Shown piece after piece: positions 51,566-64,000 of a DNA stretch of 64,000 nt (its first letter is position 1; each line of letters begins with the position of its first letter). The position numbers and the translations under genes are program-made. Origin of the DNA: Blasia pusilla (Eukaryota); the NCBI GenBank assembly GCA_050084515.1, contig CM114271.1:44268001-44332000 (forward strand). Direction: 5' to 3'. The notes beneath the pieces were generated by a model, which had not been told where the DNA came from, did no database searches, and saw only the letters and a list, made by a program, of their open reading frames with translations.

Positions 51566-52049
51566 CCTAGCAACGCGACGCCATGAATCGGCGTGGACGG
51601 CCGGAGCATCCGCTCCAAGGGCAGGTCCATCACCTCCTCTGCAATCACCTCTGAACGTGATGCAGGAACTCTAACTGTGCGCTCACATAGTGAAGCGGCC
51701 AACCGAAAAGCCTCGGCGGGCGTACCCCCCAACGTCATAACATCGGAAGCAGAAAATAAACGAGTGCGGTACACAACGGTGGCCGCCCCCAACAACGTGC
51801 TTGACACATGCCCCTCCTGAGCATCAACAATAGGAGTCGTCGCACTCGCTTCTCCCATCGCCCTCCGTGCCTGCACACCAACAACATCACCTCCAGGAAC
51901 TTTGATGAGGACACATCGATGGGGTCCTCATCGCTTCGGACAACGTGAAAGATTGAGGAAGCCTAGTCATCTTCCGGATTCCCTCATTTGTGGATCCAAC
52001 TCGTGGGCGGCTCCACGCAGCGTCTCAAGCCTATGGCAACCTCCATCTA

Positions 52050-53700
52050 GGCAACCCCGCACATCCATCTAGGATCCTCCAGATCTCTGGCTGCTCCATA
52101 TGATGTCGATGCTACGGATCCGGCATCGGGTAACCTCAATGCCATAGTGGCAATCTGCTCTTGTAGGCTGCCAGATTCGGCGACCATCCCGACCTCACGT
52201 CCGTCTCTCCTCGGCGCGTCTAGGTGGTGGTACTCTACCTCCTCCACGGACAGCTCCACCACCCTATCGGGCAACTCCAACTCCTCGTCCCCCAACAGGA
52301 CCACCTGGTGCACGATCTCTAGGCCCACCCAGACCGGCTACTCACTCTGGTGCCCTCTCTGGCCCTCGGTCCCGACGTAACTCATGATGTAAACTGAAAC
52401 ACCTGGCGCGTGTATGACCATACCTCTGACAATAGTCACACTGATAACCTCCTGGTGCAGCACCATCTCCTCCTCCATGCTGAGGCACACGTCCATGACC
52501 CTGACGAGTGTAATCGCGCTGATGATGGGCTCCACCACATGACCAACAAGTAATAGTAGGCGGCTGCTGCTGAGCCGCCTACTATTACTTGAAGGCACAT
52601 GTCTCTGTGGCACAGCCTCCCGGTATCCTCCCTGAGCTCGTGGTGCCACAGTCGACCTATCTCGGAGTCCACGTTGCTGCACAGGTGGTGCAAACAATCG
52701 TGACTGCTCTCACCCTGAACCCATGGTGGCTACGCTCTCCTCCGCCATGTTACGCTCAATGTTCTCGGCAGTCCTAAAAACATCTCTCAACGTAGGGGAG
52801 GTGTTCATAAGAAGCACCCCCTCCCGCACCCGTGTCCGCAGGGTCCGGTCCAACATCGCGTACCATGACTGGATAGCCTGAGCCTCTGTCACCCCCTGAG
52901 TGACGTTGATCAAACGGCGCAAGCGAGTGTAAGCCTCACGCAAACTCTCACCCGGGCGCCTTTGGAAGTTGTGGATGCTCCGCAACTTCTCCGTCCGAAC
53001 CCGTGGTAGCTCGCCCTCAACTTAGCAAAGAACTCAACCACAGGGTTGAACCTGGGACGAACCCGACTAGACGGTGCAACTACTCCCGTGCAAGTGACCC
53101 CTCCTAAAACATCACTAGTGGAAGAGGCAGTAGCCTCTCATGACTCCTCCTCCTTATCTGGGAATGGCTTCGTCCATGACACATAATGTGGGTCATAGTA
53201 GAGCCTCCACGCCTCAATCTCACATGCATATCTCTGAGAGAACTCATGGTAATCGTCCATGGGCGCCCCCTCTAAATGCTGGAACATACCATTCCATGCT
53301 GTAAATGGGTTGAACTCTCTAGAGTTCTTGGCCCGCTGGGAGTCGCACCAACTCCTAAACTCTGCTATAAAATCGTGCAACTCAATCGTGCCTACTGCAC
53401 TGAAAACCTACGCGGTCCTCTACCCCGGTCGTCCATCTCGTACGCCAAACTGGTAGGACCACTCACAATATGTGGCCATGTGCTCACAAACTCCTCTACA
53501 CCCTCCCCCTTGTCTGACGATGACACAGAAAGAAGTCGAGGTGGTCCCTCACGTGAAGACCCTCGGAACCTCGCGCCACTCCGCGTTCCGCGTAAAACCT
53601 CTAGAGCTACTGTCGGGTTCACCACCTCGCCTCTCAAAGTCCCAAACGGACTCCGTGATGACCCTTGTGCCCCTCTCACCCGATCTCTTTGAACCTCGTG
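52050..53700 (-). pseudogene. Gag-like region
   Basis: FQRRPGESLREAYTRLRRL (retrotransposon gag QxxxES motif) and two Cys/His knuckle-like motifs matching copy 4. Confidence 0.8.
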
Positions 53701-55207
53701 AGGAATCCCTCAATCACTCATCCCAAACATGCGGCATTCGATCTACACTCTCTCTCCCCGAGACGTGTAACGTGCGGCAACACGCGGCGTGGTGCGGCAA
53801 ATCGACCAGGCTACCATCTCATCGACAACCTACCCTCAACTCCAGACATCCCACACAAGTCTATGTCCCCTAAACCACATACATAAATGATGCTCTCAGC
53901 ATCCCCACACCCAATTTCCCCAAATAAATCCCAGAATCCCTCACACATGTAGGGTAAAGGACCAGAATGGGTAACCTGAACACATGTCGATGTTGCTCCT
54001 CAACAACTGCAAATCTCGACCCCAACTCGATTGTGGAGACAACTCCTCCAATCATCAAGTCATACTCCTCCCGTACTGACGCTGCTCAAAACTCCTCGAT
54101 ATCTGATGCGGTCCTCAAGGAACAGTGCGGCGTTGCGGCGACTAAGGCGGCTTTAACGGCACGACCCTCGATGGTGGGATGCGGCACTCCGCGGCATACC
54201 CTCCTCAATCAACAATAAACCCACACTCTGCTCCACAATGACGGTGCGGCTCTGCGATCGAGACGGTGTGGTACGGCCACGAGCGGCACGACGCGACAAT
54301 CGGCGGCGCGTTGCGGCTACGGGCGTCACGGCACGATACTCGATCGTCGTCGAGCGGCTACCAATCACAACATAGCAACATGAAATCAAAACTCAAACGC
54401 CATAATCGAGGTCATCTGCCATCACTGGTTGATGAAGAAACTGCGATGATGGTGGCGGCCAAAACAAAGTACGTGGTGGCGACGCAAGTCAAGGAATCAA
54501 CGAACGTCGTGGAAGACCCTCCACTCCGTAATGGCGGCAATGGCACCCAAAGGGTGGATAATGGACGGTGGACCGTTGACAGTGACGGTTGACCGCTGAT
54601 GGTGAAGGTTGACCGTTGACGGTGACTATGATGGCGACAGCCGCCGCCGGTGTGGCGGCTGATTTAGGGTTTGCACAATTTAACCCTAAAAATCGCCTAG
54701 TAATGGAAGTTTTACAAGATTGACCATAACTTTTTGCTCGCAACTCCAAATTATGCATTGTTTGTTGCATAGCGTGCACAGCTTCACGATCTAGGCCAGC
54801 ATCAAAAAATATTTAGAATCGAACATTTCAGTAAAAATTGACGGGGACTGTTGTAAAGCCCAATGTCGCTTTCTCCTACACAAAATTTGGCAACGCTTCC
54901 GCGCTGATTTCTCCCAACGAAAATGTAAAATCTGTAAAAATAAAAATCAGCAAGCGAGAGCACCAGCATGGGGCAACCCGCCCCCATACTCAATCCCTAT
55001 CAAAAATTGGGCAACGCTTCCACGCGCCACTCTTCCACACGAAAAATTGGCAAATGCAAAGAATAATGAAAGCAGCCCTTGCTCCGGTGAGCACTCCCAT
55101 GAGCCGCTGAACGGGGAACACGGATCCCCAACCTGCAAAAACAGCGAGTGACCAGCAAGCTCCCCCGTGAAGCACTCTCATTCTCTCATTCTCTCATTAT
55201 CTCTTTA

Positions 55208-55721
55208 TAAAGTAAGATCCAGTCTCTCTCTCCATCATCTCACACCATAGCTCTCAAAGGTGTGCACTCTCTCTCATGTCAAACCAAACCCATTCTCTTA
55301 ATGAGAGGCTTGGGTTACACTCACAAGGCAAGGTACCATAGCTCCGCCGTCTCATGCCAAGAGGTTCAACAAAGAGAGAATGAGCTCTCAAGCTCTCTCT
55401 CCTTGAGGTATACCCCTCCCCTCTCCCAAGCTCTCTCCATGGTAACCTATTCTCCCAAGTCACCTCCTTGGCTCTTGACCTGATGTAGGAGGTCAAAGGC
55501 CACTTACCAAAAATAGAAAATCGATCATATACTCAAAATGGTACTTACCTAAAATAGCAAGTTTCTCAATATGGCTCCAAATGAGCCGAAACGAAGGGGA
55601 AACCTGCTCTCTCAGGTTTCCTGGGGTCTCAGTAGGTCATCCACGACCTAGTGAGCATGTTCTCCACTACTCACGAAGGCGCTCTATTAGATCTCACCGA
55701 TCTATCCTAAAAGACGTGACA
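55208..55721 (-). repeat. 5' terminal repeat A1 (514 bp)
   Basis: Direct repeat of 45585-46100; about 14 substitutions and one 2-bp indel by manual comparison. Not followed by a B repeat. Confidence 0.95.
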
Positions 55722-56900
55722 GAAGACACTTTAAACTTTCTCGGAACGGTTACGATTGTATTATGAGAATGAGGATTCACCCCTGTAATAACCGCGGAGA
55801 TAGGGAAACAAGAAGGGAAATAAACCTGTTACTTTAGTAAGCTTCGGGTCCAAAGAGATACTTGTATTATCTGTGAGGAGACTCTCACGTGTTGCTAAAT
55901 TCTCACGCAAATAAAGACTACCACTATAAAAAAAATGTATGCTGAAGTTTTTTTTTTCATAAGCAAAGAATAGGCCACATCTTGTTAAATGTTGAGTTCT
56001 GGATGGTAAGGATCATGGTGCATGCTATGGATCACCTGAACTTTATCTTGAGATTGTTTCAATATCCCTTCTACTGCCTTAGATGGCAAAATTACCAGTC
56101 GAGATATAGGATTCAGAAGTTCTAATAATGTCTTATTATTTCTATACAATTTTTTAATTATGAGGATAATTGAGAGTATGTTTTTGATTGGTTATGCAAA
56201 CTGCAATGTGGAGTGAGGATCAAAATTATTGAGGTTAAACCGTGCAAGAGGAGAATCAAGAAGTGAAGATACATTAAAAAGATTCCTTATGGAGGCCATT
56301 GTATTTGGCTTCAATACCTATACACGAGTCAAAATTGACAGAAGTTGAAGCTCAAGGGGATTAACACGGAGTATGTGCTTGATGTATGCAGGTGTCATGT
56401 AAACGTAAGGTCAATTCTTGCCTTCCTTGAGATACATTGTTCACAAACATGAAATTTTCCTGGACGTGGTATCATATAATCTGTCAAAAATCTTCATTGT
56501 GTCCATTATGATGGATATAATGAAGATTGGGTGACTGAAATTTTAGTTCGAAGATTTTCGTAAAGAATTTGTCGGAAATACCCACAATAGTGCATCATTT
56601 TGAAAGTCCTAGAACATTCTTATTTCCATTTGATTAGGTGTTCAATGGAAGCTGACCAAGCATAGTAATGTGATCTACATGCAAGTTTTTTTTTGTCAAT
56701 GAAAGCTTTGCTCGGATATGGAGTCTGTGATATTTTAGCCTCTGCTTATTGAAGGCAGAGGATCTCCAAAATATGTTGGAACAAATCCTTAAGTAAGTCT
56801 GTTGGTAAGCAGCACATGTTGATATGTATAGCTTTTTTTGTGAGTGATTATCCTCAGGGTTTGCCATCTAGCCTAAGTACAATATGTTGTATAAATCTGA
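55722..56900 (-). pseudogene. Helitron Rep-helicase, 5' part (continuation beyond the retroelement)
   Basis: GLFPFLFPYLRGYY at ~55830-55790 resembles the Helitron N-terminal PxLFPxG motif and lies upstream of Rep motif 1 once the insertion is removed. The distal boundary is uncertain. Confidence 0.6.
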
Positions 56901-57904
56901 AATACCCTCTTAGATGTTTATAGGTGTACGCATGGAGAACATATATGTTGGAATGAGATTTTTATGAAGTATTTGCAGTTAAAAGGTAGAGATGTAATTT
57001 TCAAGGTTAAGTGTCAACGATATGTATGGTGGATCTAAGTATATTTTAGAACTCATTACAATATATAATGTGTATAGTATAAATGACCGGTGTATAAATG
57101 GGAAGAATGGTGAAATTCAGCAACTAAGTATTGATAGCAGGGAGAAATACAAGACAATAAAGTTGTATCATAGAAAACAACAGTACATGCAATGGGAGTG
57201 TTGCATTGGCTATGTCACAATATAAGAACTAAGGTGTATTTTGGATTGTAACTATAGTTCAATAGTCATAAGAAATAAATAGATGTATACTACAAATGAC
57301 TAGTTTATAAATGGTGAGGAATGTGAATTTCAACAAGTGAATAGCAGAAGTAGGAAGATGAATCTTGAGTGTATAGTTGAATCACAAAAAATAGCTCTAC
57401 ATGGAACGGTAGTGTGGCATTACAGATGTTTACAAGAGCAGATTTGAAACATATATGAAGAAAAATGAGGTTGGTGTGGAACTCAATTGATGGTTGTGTA
57501 ATGAGCAATGTACTTGAAGCTACGTATTGATTGAGGAGAAAAGTGACATGCTTCAATTGCAAAATGTAGAGTAAGAAATACAAAGTGAAAAAATAGCAAG
57601 TTGAAGTAGAAGAAGGAAGTTAAACTTACTCTGGCACTCTAATCGTCTTGTCTAGCCAGAGACCTTGTGGGTGATCACCCGGGTCCCGAAAAGGGAATTC
57701 TGAATTAGGTTTGGGCAGAAAACAAGACGTACAATGGGACAGGGCGGGCAGATCGATTCATGGTGTGCGGATTAGGATCAAGAGGAGGAAGAGCTGAGTC
57801 AAGTTCAGGAGAAGAATTTAGCGGAGGTTCAAGAGATGCAAACCAATAAGGATGAGTGGATGAAGACCACGCCTATCGCTCACTATGCGTTCAAGAAGCA
57901 GTGA

Positions 57905-58460
57905 CCATGAAATGAACTTAGTAAGCAAATGCAACGGCTTTATCCTATACGCCAAAAAGGAGAGGAAGGAAGCAGAGCAGGCCAAGTGGCGGCTGAGAGG
58001 AAGCGAAACGAGATATGGGCACCCATCCGTGTGTTTGCCGGGCCTGGTGTGAGGCGATGAAGCATGACAAGGAGTCGGTTACGTCCAAGAGTTGTGAAAG
58101 AGCGTAGTGGATCACGAGAGAAGAAGCGAGAGATTATGGGAGGAGGTGGAGTGGAGGAGCACAAGGATGCAATTTATTGAAGTGACAGGAAGTGCGCAAT
58201 GAAATTAGTAAGCAAAGCGCAGCGGCTTTACCCTATGCAGCAGAGAGGAGAGGGAGGAAGCGGAGGAGGCGAGACATCTCTCTCTTGAAAGCCCAAACAG
58301 ATCTACTTGCCCATCTGTGTGCTTGGCGGGCCAGGTATATCTCGATGAAACAAGACAAGGCGCCGGTTCTACTTAGGAAATGTGAGGGAGTCTAGTGCAC
58401 AATGAGAGAAGGAGGAGCGGGAATTTACGTGAGGAGTTAGAGTAGAGGAGCACGAGGATT
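57905..58460. repeat. Diverged tandem duplication, ~290-bp period
   Basis: aatgaa(c/a)ttagtaagcaaa..cggcttta.cctat at ~57911 and ~58198; both units end gaggagcac(a/g)aggat. Confidence 0.65.
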
Positions 58461-61400
58461 GCAGAATAGAGTGGGGAAGGACGAGGAGAAGGAGTAGCAG
58501 GAGGAGGAGGAGGAAGAAGAATTAGTTGAGTAGGAAGAAGAGAAGGGGCAGAGATGGACAGTGAAATGGAAAGCGGAATGGGAATCGGTAACGGAGTACG
58601 AAACAGGGCGGGGTTGAGCGTAGGAGGGAAGTGGCATTACCTACTTCTTCAACTGCTCGATCTGCTTGTGATGGAGAGTTGTCAAGAGTGTTGTAGAATG
58701 TTTACTCTCTATTGCGACAATACACGTTCCTGGAAGAACAAAGCATCGATGAATTGTGGGGATTTTTTTGAAATTTTAGCAGGCTACTTAAAATCAAACG
58801 AGCATAACAAGAGCGGAGTGTATCGATGGACATACGAGCAAGGGCGGATGGTTGTGTAAATCTTCATCTGCATTACTAAAGGTTGTCTGGAGGAAAACAC
58901 CGCAAGAAACATAGTAGAAAATGGCTTCATCAAAGTGTTACGAACCTGTGAAGGAGGAACACCTTTAATGTAGGGAGAAAGTAGACAGGAACAAAGACGG
59001 CTCGAGCAATGTCGGGAAGCCAAAAGCAGTGAATAACATATGTAGCGCAAGAAGCCGCGGATAGTCCCAACACAGAAATCTACAATCAAGGTGCCGAAAC
59101 CAGAGTGATTCTTTGATCGATAAAAGAAGCCCAAGGAACGAGATAGGACCCAATAATAGAAGCCATTTCACTATCGCGAAATGATTACTCACAAAGGAGC
59201 GCGGGAATCAGCAAGCAAAATCGTGGCGCACCATAACCAAACGGCAGCGTAGCAACGGCAACAATAGAAAAGAAAATACATTGGGAATGGAGATAGAAAA
59301 GAAAGCTTTCGGCGGTGTATCCATCGATGCAGGCGGTTGCGGGCTACGTTTCGGACGTAGGAGTAAGGCATTGATGGAGATACCGATACCACGCTTCAAG
59401 TACGATAGGCACGCGACGACAATGACGAGAGAAGAAAGAACCACCGCTCTGTACAGAATTTGCACGATTGCAAACAAAATCCTCAACTCTTAACTATGAA
59501 CATAGGCCAATCGAATGGCTAATCCACTATTGCCACATAAGCAAGATGTCCTGATGGACAGCCTGCTCTTCTAGATACGAGAAGAATGATGTGGCGCAAT
59601 CCCTACACAGCAATTTACTTAATGCCTACTTGTACAAGCCGTAATTAAAACACCTGAAAATAAAAGATGGGTAGATTATTCTCACCTTCTATACTCCATA
59701 TGCGTATTAGCGAGGGAAAATAAAGCCAGAAAAGTTTAATCTGAACGTCATCGGATGTGAGGTCCTATGTAATAGTCATAAATTCCTCCCAGTAAAGTAG
59801 AAGATTATCGTCTCACTCATCCTAGCTACATCCGTATCCTAGGGAAAGTATGTGCGCATTAAAGGACACGAAAGTGAGAGTTCGCAGCGGGTTAGTTCAA
59901 GCATTTCCGCATACTAGTATAGGAAGCCCGACGTGGTATGCATATTCTGCGAACGCGTGCCTGGAATCCTGGATAGCCAATATTATCTTATGTGTCTCCC
60001 ACATGGCTGACTGAAGCGCGCGCGTTCACTGTCAGCGCGCTACGAACTTGTCAACAGTCATATGTTTCCTAAGAATTGTAACCCGACAATTCATTCATCC
60101 AACAAACGACTGGAACTCGTTGGGATAGGTTTTCAAATCTACAGACACGTCGACTGCATACATCCTCGACATATTGATCTCGCGAGCGCGGTTCACGTGT
60201 GTGAGTGGGATAGCATAGATTATTGTTTCACCCTCTGGACAAAGATCTCAGAGCTGTCGGACAAAAAGATGTGAGAGCCGCGCCAATCGCTTCAAACTGC
60301 CCCGCCGCCCCTCTCCCATCCGACCTTTACTACACATCCTGATCTGAATGACGTCTCCGGGATATCGAGCAAAATATTTTCACCCTCAGAAAGGATCGAG
60401 GCAGGCTTGATCATTGCACCAAGTCTCCCGCCTGATAAGTAACGAAACTAGGGAAAGGGAAAATAGCTGAGAATAAATAAATGCCCCAGGTTCTCGGAAT
60501 ATCCCTCGCCCGAACACGTATACAATCAATGAAATAAATAAATTATCTATAGTTAACGGTATGTTAACTCTAATCATCATATCATCGTATACTAATTGGA
60601 GGAGGCAGTTTTTTTCTGCTCCTCGGTTTGACACGTGGCATTAGACTTCTTTTGGTCTTCTCAAGTGGGGGTCATAAGAAGAGAAATGATTGAGGAGAGT
60701 GAATATTTAAAAGTGATCCGTGCATATTAAGGGCCCTAAATAATCCAAATAGACCGAGGGAGTTTCTTTAAGAGTTTATTCTGAGGAGGCGCGTTCAAAT
60801 CAATTCCGTAGAGGCCAACACTGTTTGGTGTAGATGACTACGGAACATAGTACATACCCGGTCCGATCTTCCAGAATCCAATCAGTGTGAACCCAACAGT
60901 TTCTGGGATTATGCTCCGATTCGTTATGGTCTGCGCGATTCAATCTTCCGCCGCAACGGGAATTAGATCGGTGAGAACCGGCAGGCAGGCAGGGAGGCGG
61001 CACGCGACTGACAGTTCCAGCACAGCAGATCGGGAAGTCAGCCTGTCGCCGGGAAATATGTTCTCCCAATTTAATATCTTACGCCGTTAAGGTGCTAAGT
61101 AACGATTTTAGTACGACTTGTCCTAAACGAGGGAAAAGGTGTTAACAGAATATAAGAAAAAAGGAAAATATAAAGCAAAAGAAATCTGGAAATTAATTTT
61201 CTATTTGAGTTGTCATTCTTAATAGAAAACCAATTGGTGCTGCACATCAAGAAGAGTCCTTTAGCATCTCTATTATTATTAGAGTTGTTAGAATGTGGGT
61301 GGCAATTTTTTCTTCAAATAACATCATGTTAAAAATAATGATTTTTAGGAGAAGTCTTGAAAAGAGACGTGTCACCATCCCAAGAGGGTTTTTCTAATCC

Positions 61401-62856
61401 CATCTTCTTTTAATTATATAAATTATACGTGAGAATTGTCATAACTAGAAACCATCCCAAAAGATAGATGTCAAACACAAAGATGTTTTTTTTGAGGTAC
61501 TTGACGCTAATAAAATTATATATTTTCATGTTCCCAAACTTAGGAGGACCTAGTCAGAGTTTTCCTATAGGGTAAAGTGGGGTTAAGAAATTCAAAAATA
61601 TGAAGAAACAGAGAATAAAAAAAATGGTCATGTTTAAAGACTTTAGAAGAAAAAAGGCCAAAAGGTGCTAAGAAATCTCCAAAGTTTCAAGCCAAAAATA
61701 TTTGTAAGAAATTTGGAATTAATTTACCTCGATTTAGAAAAAGTGTGGCTAAAGAAGTTGTTGCCTCCTAAGACATGCAACCCCCTTTTACATTGCTACT
61801 TAAAGTCCACCCTAAAAGGTAATACTAGAAAAACTACATTGCGGACTACCCGAGCTGCCATGGGCAACCTATTTGGAATGGAGAGATATAGATGTGGCAT
61901 TGAGACAAATTTTCTAATTTATAGCATTCAAAATAATCCAACTCACGGAAATATCTATCCCCATGAAGTCACATATGTGATTTTATCAAAATTCTTTATG
62001 TATGGTGCAACAAGACAATTTATATTATAATATGAATTCTAAGGTAGGGGGTCAATTCCCCCCTACCTTCCCACATAAATGAAACCCTTCTTGAAAAGGA
62101 GGATTCCCTAAAAATTTATAACTCTTTCCATAGTGGAAACTTGTTAACATTAGAGTGGACTAAATATGTGTGTGGATATTTACTTTCTAAGATTGGATTT
62201 ACTCTACCATCCACATGCGTTTCTACTAACATTAGAGGTGCACTATCTAGCTTGTCATTCTCTCATAAAATTGAAGAGTAGGATTACAAAATTTAGACAA
62301 AATTTAGAGATGTCGAAGCCTCAAGGAGATATGGTGGAGTTGCTATCAAAATATTGAAGGTTAAAGTTGCAAAACTAGAGTCAAAGTTCCAAGAATAGTT
62401 GAGTTGAGCCATTTGTATCTTTTGATTTTTCACAGCGGCCTTAGTTTACAAAAATTGAAGAAGCCTTCATTTACTACATGTCCCCATTGATTCGTAATCG
62501 GTAGAGAAAGAATGAGTGAATGAATTTTTGCTTTCCATCGATCCGACCCTATGCATCGCACATGCAACAAATTACTTATTGTATTTGGAAACTTATTGTA
62601 ACATCACAATCGGTACCTGAATTATAAGGATTGCCATAACTAGAGGGCTATTTTGAACCTCCCTAGTAGATTTTAAAAAATTAGAGAAAATGTGACAAAA
62701 GATGGGCATATAATTTAAATTGTCCACTCCTTCATCCTTTATGGCATCTAGCCGTGGAGATAAAATTTAACCTTCTCACAACGCAACTCTTTGTGGTAAA
62801 GCTTGCATTTCTCACTGCATGGCTATCGTCGACTTATCTGTTTCCGTCCCTCCACA

Positions 62857-63608
62857 TCTATATCATACTATTAAGCGCGTTAGCTCATTCGGAAGACAAA
62901 TGAATGAAGGACATGTATCATGTTTGTCCATGAAGCCGGATCACGACCTTTTTCTTTTAATTTTACCCTATACTAAGCAGAAAACAAGAATGGGTAAGGT
63001 TTTAATAATAAGGTTATTATTAAAATAGATCAATAAAATTATTTTGAATTCAAATATCTTTCCCATGAAATCTCATTGAATCTCTTTAATTTTTCTTATT
63101 TTTTTTCATTTGAAAATTTAAAAGGATTTTTTCAAGGTTCATTCCAATAAATTCTGATAAAAATTCATTTAAAGTTAAATTTTGAGGCAAAATTTATTTA
63201 TTTTTGGGAAAACTAAAAGGATAATATGATACTAATGGGAAAAGAATTATTCTTTAAAATAATGGAAGAATTTTTTTTCCTTATTTTTTTTAATTTTCAA
63301 GTTAGATTTGGAGAAATTTGTAATCCCTCTTTTGGGAAAAAAATTCATCAAAATAATTTTTTTTCTTTTTCTTATTGAAAGATGGGGATTGGAAAAGGGA
63401 TAAATTCTTTTCCCAAAATTAATACATATAATATATGAAATTTTTTTTGAGCCAAGTTAGATATAAAAAAAAATCTATGTTTCATCTTTTTTTATCATCC
63501 TTTTTAAAATTAAACTATTTTCAATCTAATCAAGTGTCCACTAATTTCATATTATCATCTACATGTGGGTCTTTTCATTCCCGATCCCGCACGGGCAAAA
63601 ACTACTAG
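62857..63608 (+). mobile_element. Non-autonomous Helitron, ~750 bp, AT-rich
   Basis: A|TCtatatcatactattaa 5' end, GC hairpin cccgatcccgcacggg (63580-63595) about 10 bp before CTAG|T, inserted between A and T with no TSD. Confidence 0.7.
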
Positions 63609-64000
63609 TTATTGTTAGCCACAAATGTCTTGACAACAAACATCTCCCTATTTGACCGTCTTTGTGGGTGGCCTCCAAATACTACACATGTTGCCTCTAA
63701 TAATTGCCTACACATGTGAGGAAGAATTCTTCCCCTAAAGGAGGAGAATTCTTCCTCACCCAACTAGCTGGATCCAAACTAGCATTTCATTTTCCACATG
63801 AAGTGTATGGGCGGGGTTGGTGATAGCAAATTTCAAAATTAGATTTCAATTTTTAAAAATCGGGCTGCCACGTTGGAGGACGCTGGCCGCGAGAATGGTG
63901 AATTGACGGACAAGCGGAGTCTCATGAATTATCGAAGTTGTCGTTAATGAACTGCGGTGAGACTGCGTAGGACGAAACTGCGGCCCATGACCTTTAAACT

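Larger units (their letters stand above)
45457..55721 (-). mobile_element. Full-length Ty3/gypsy-type retroelement with C5-MTase and PHD finger, 10,265 bp, TG...CA ends, 4-bp TSD GAAG
   Basis: TSD at 45453-45456 and 55722-55725. Ends TGTC...GACA. Domain order gag-PR-MTase-RT-RH-IN-PHD (IN after RH is gypsy order). Helitron sequence continues on both sides. Confidence 0.95.

Noticed and set aside
54662-54690. Telomeric repeat (tttaggg ... aaccctaaa)
   Set aside because: Only single units in the retroelement leader. At most telo-box-like motifs, not an array.
45457-55721. DIRS/Ngaro tyrosine-recombinase element
   Set aside because: Despite the split repeats, it encodes a protease and a DDE integrase and has TG...CA ends with a TSD. 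I found no tyrosine recombinase motif.
57000-62800. Short ORFs and purine-rich tracts as a host gene
   Set aside because: Low-complexity or AT-rich sequence with no identifiable protein motif. Small exons cannot be excluded without RNA data.

Overview
Eukaryotic, intron-containing DNA, most likely plant heterochromatin (a non-seed plant is an inference), made almost entirely of nested and mostly decayed transposons. I recognise no intact host gene, RNA gene or CRISPR array. Contents: (1) a hAT (ZNF862-like) transposase pseudogene at ~1.5-6.3 kb. (2) Five copies or fragments of one Ty3/gypsy-type retroelement. The full copy (45457-55721, minus strand, 4-bp TSD GAAG) encodes gag, protease, a DNMT3-like C5 cytosine methyltransferase, RT, RNase H, DDE integrase and a PHD finger. 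Instead of two equal LTRs it shows a split-direct-repeat layout, A1-ORFs-B1-A2-B2. (3) Two copies of a large Mutator-like DNA transposon (12005-18835 truncated; 21837-34255). It carries a divergently transcribed, spliced cargo gene with a ParB-like motif and a beta-class N4C/N6A-type methyltransferase domain, and its introns and promoter region are packed with a 27-bp palindrome. (4) A decayed Rep-helicase Helitron split by the full retroelement, plus small non-autonomous Helitrons. The most notable result is two unrelated transposon families, nested in one another, each carrying a different class of DNA methyltransferase. All calls come from manual motif reading; no database searches were run.
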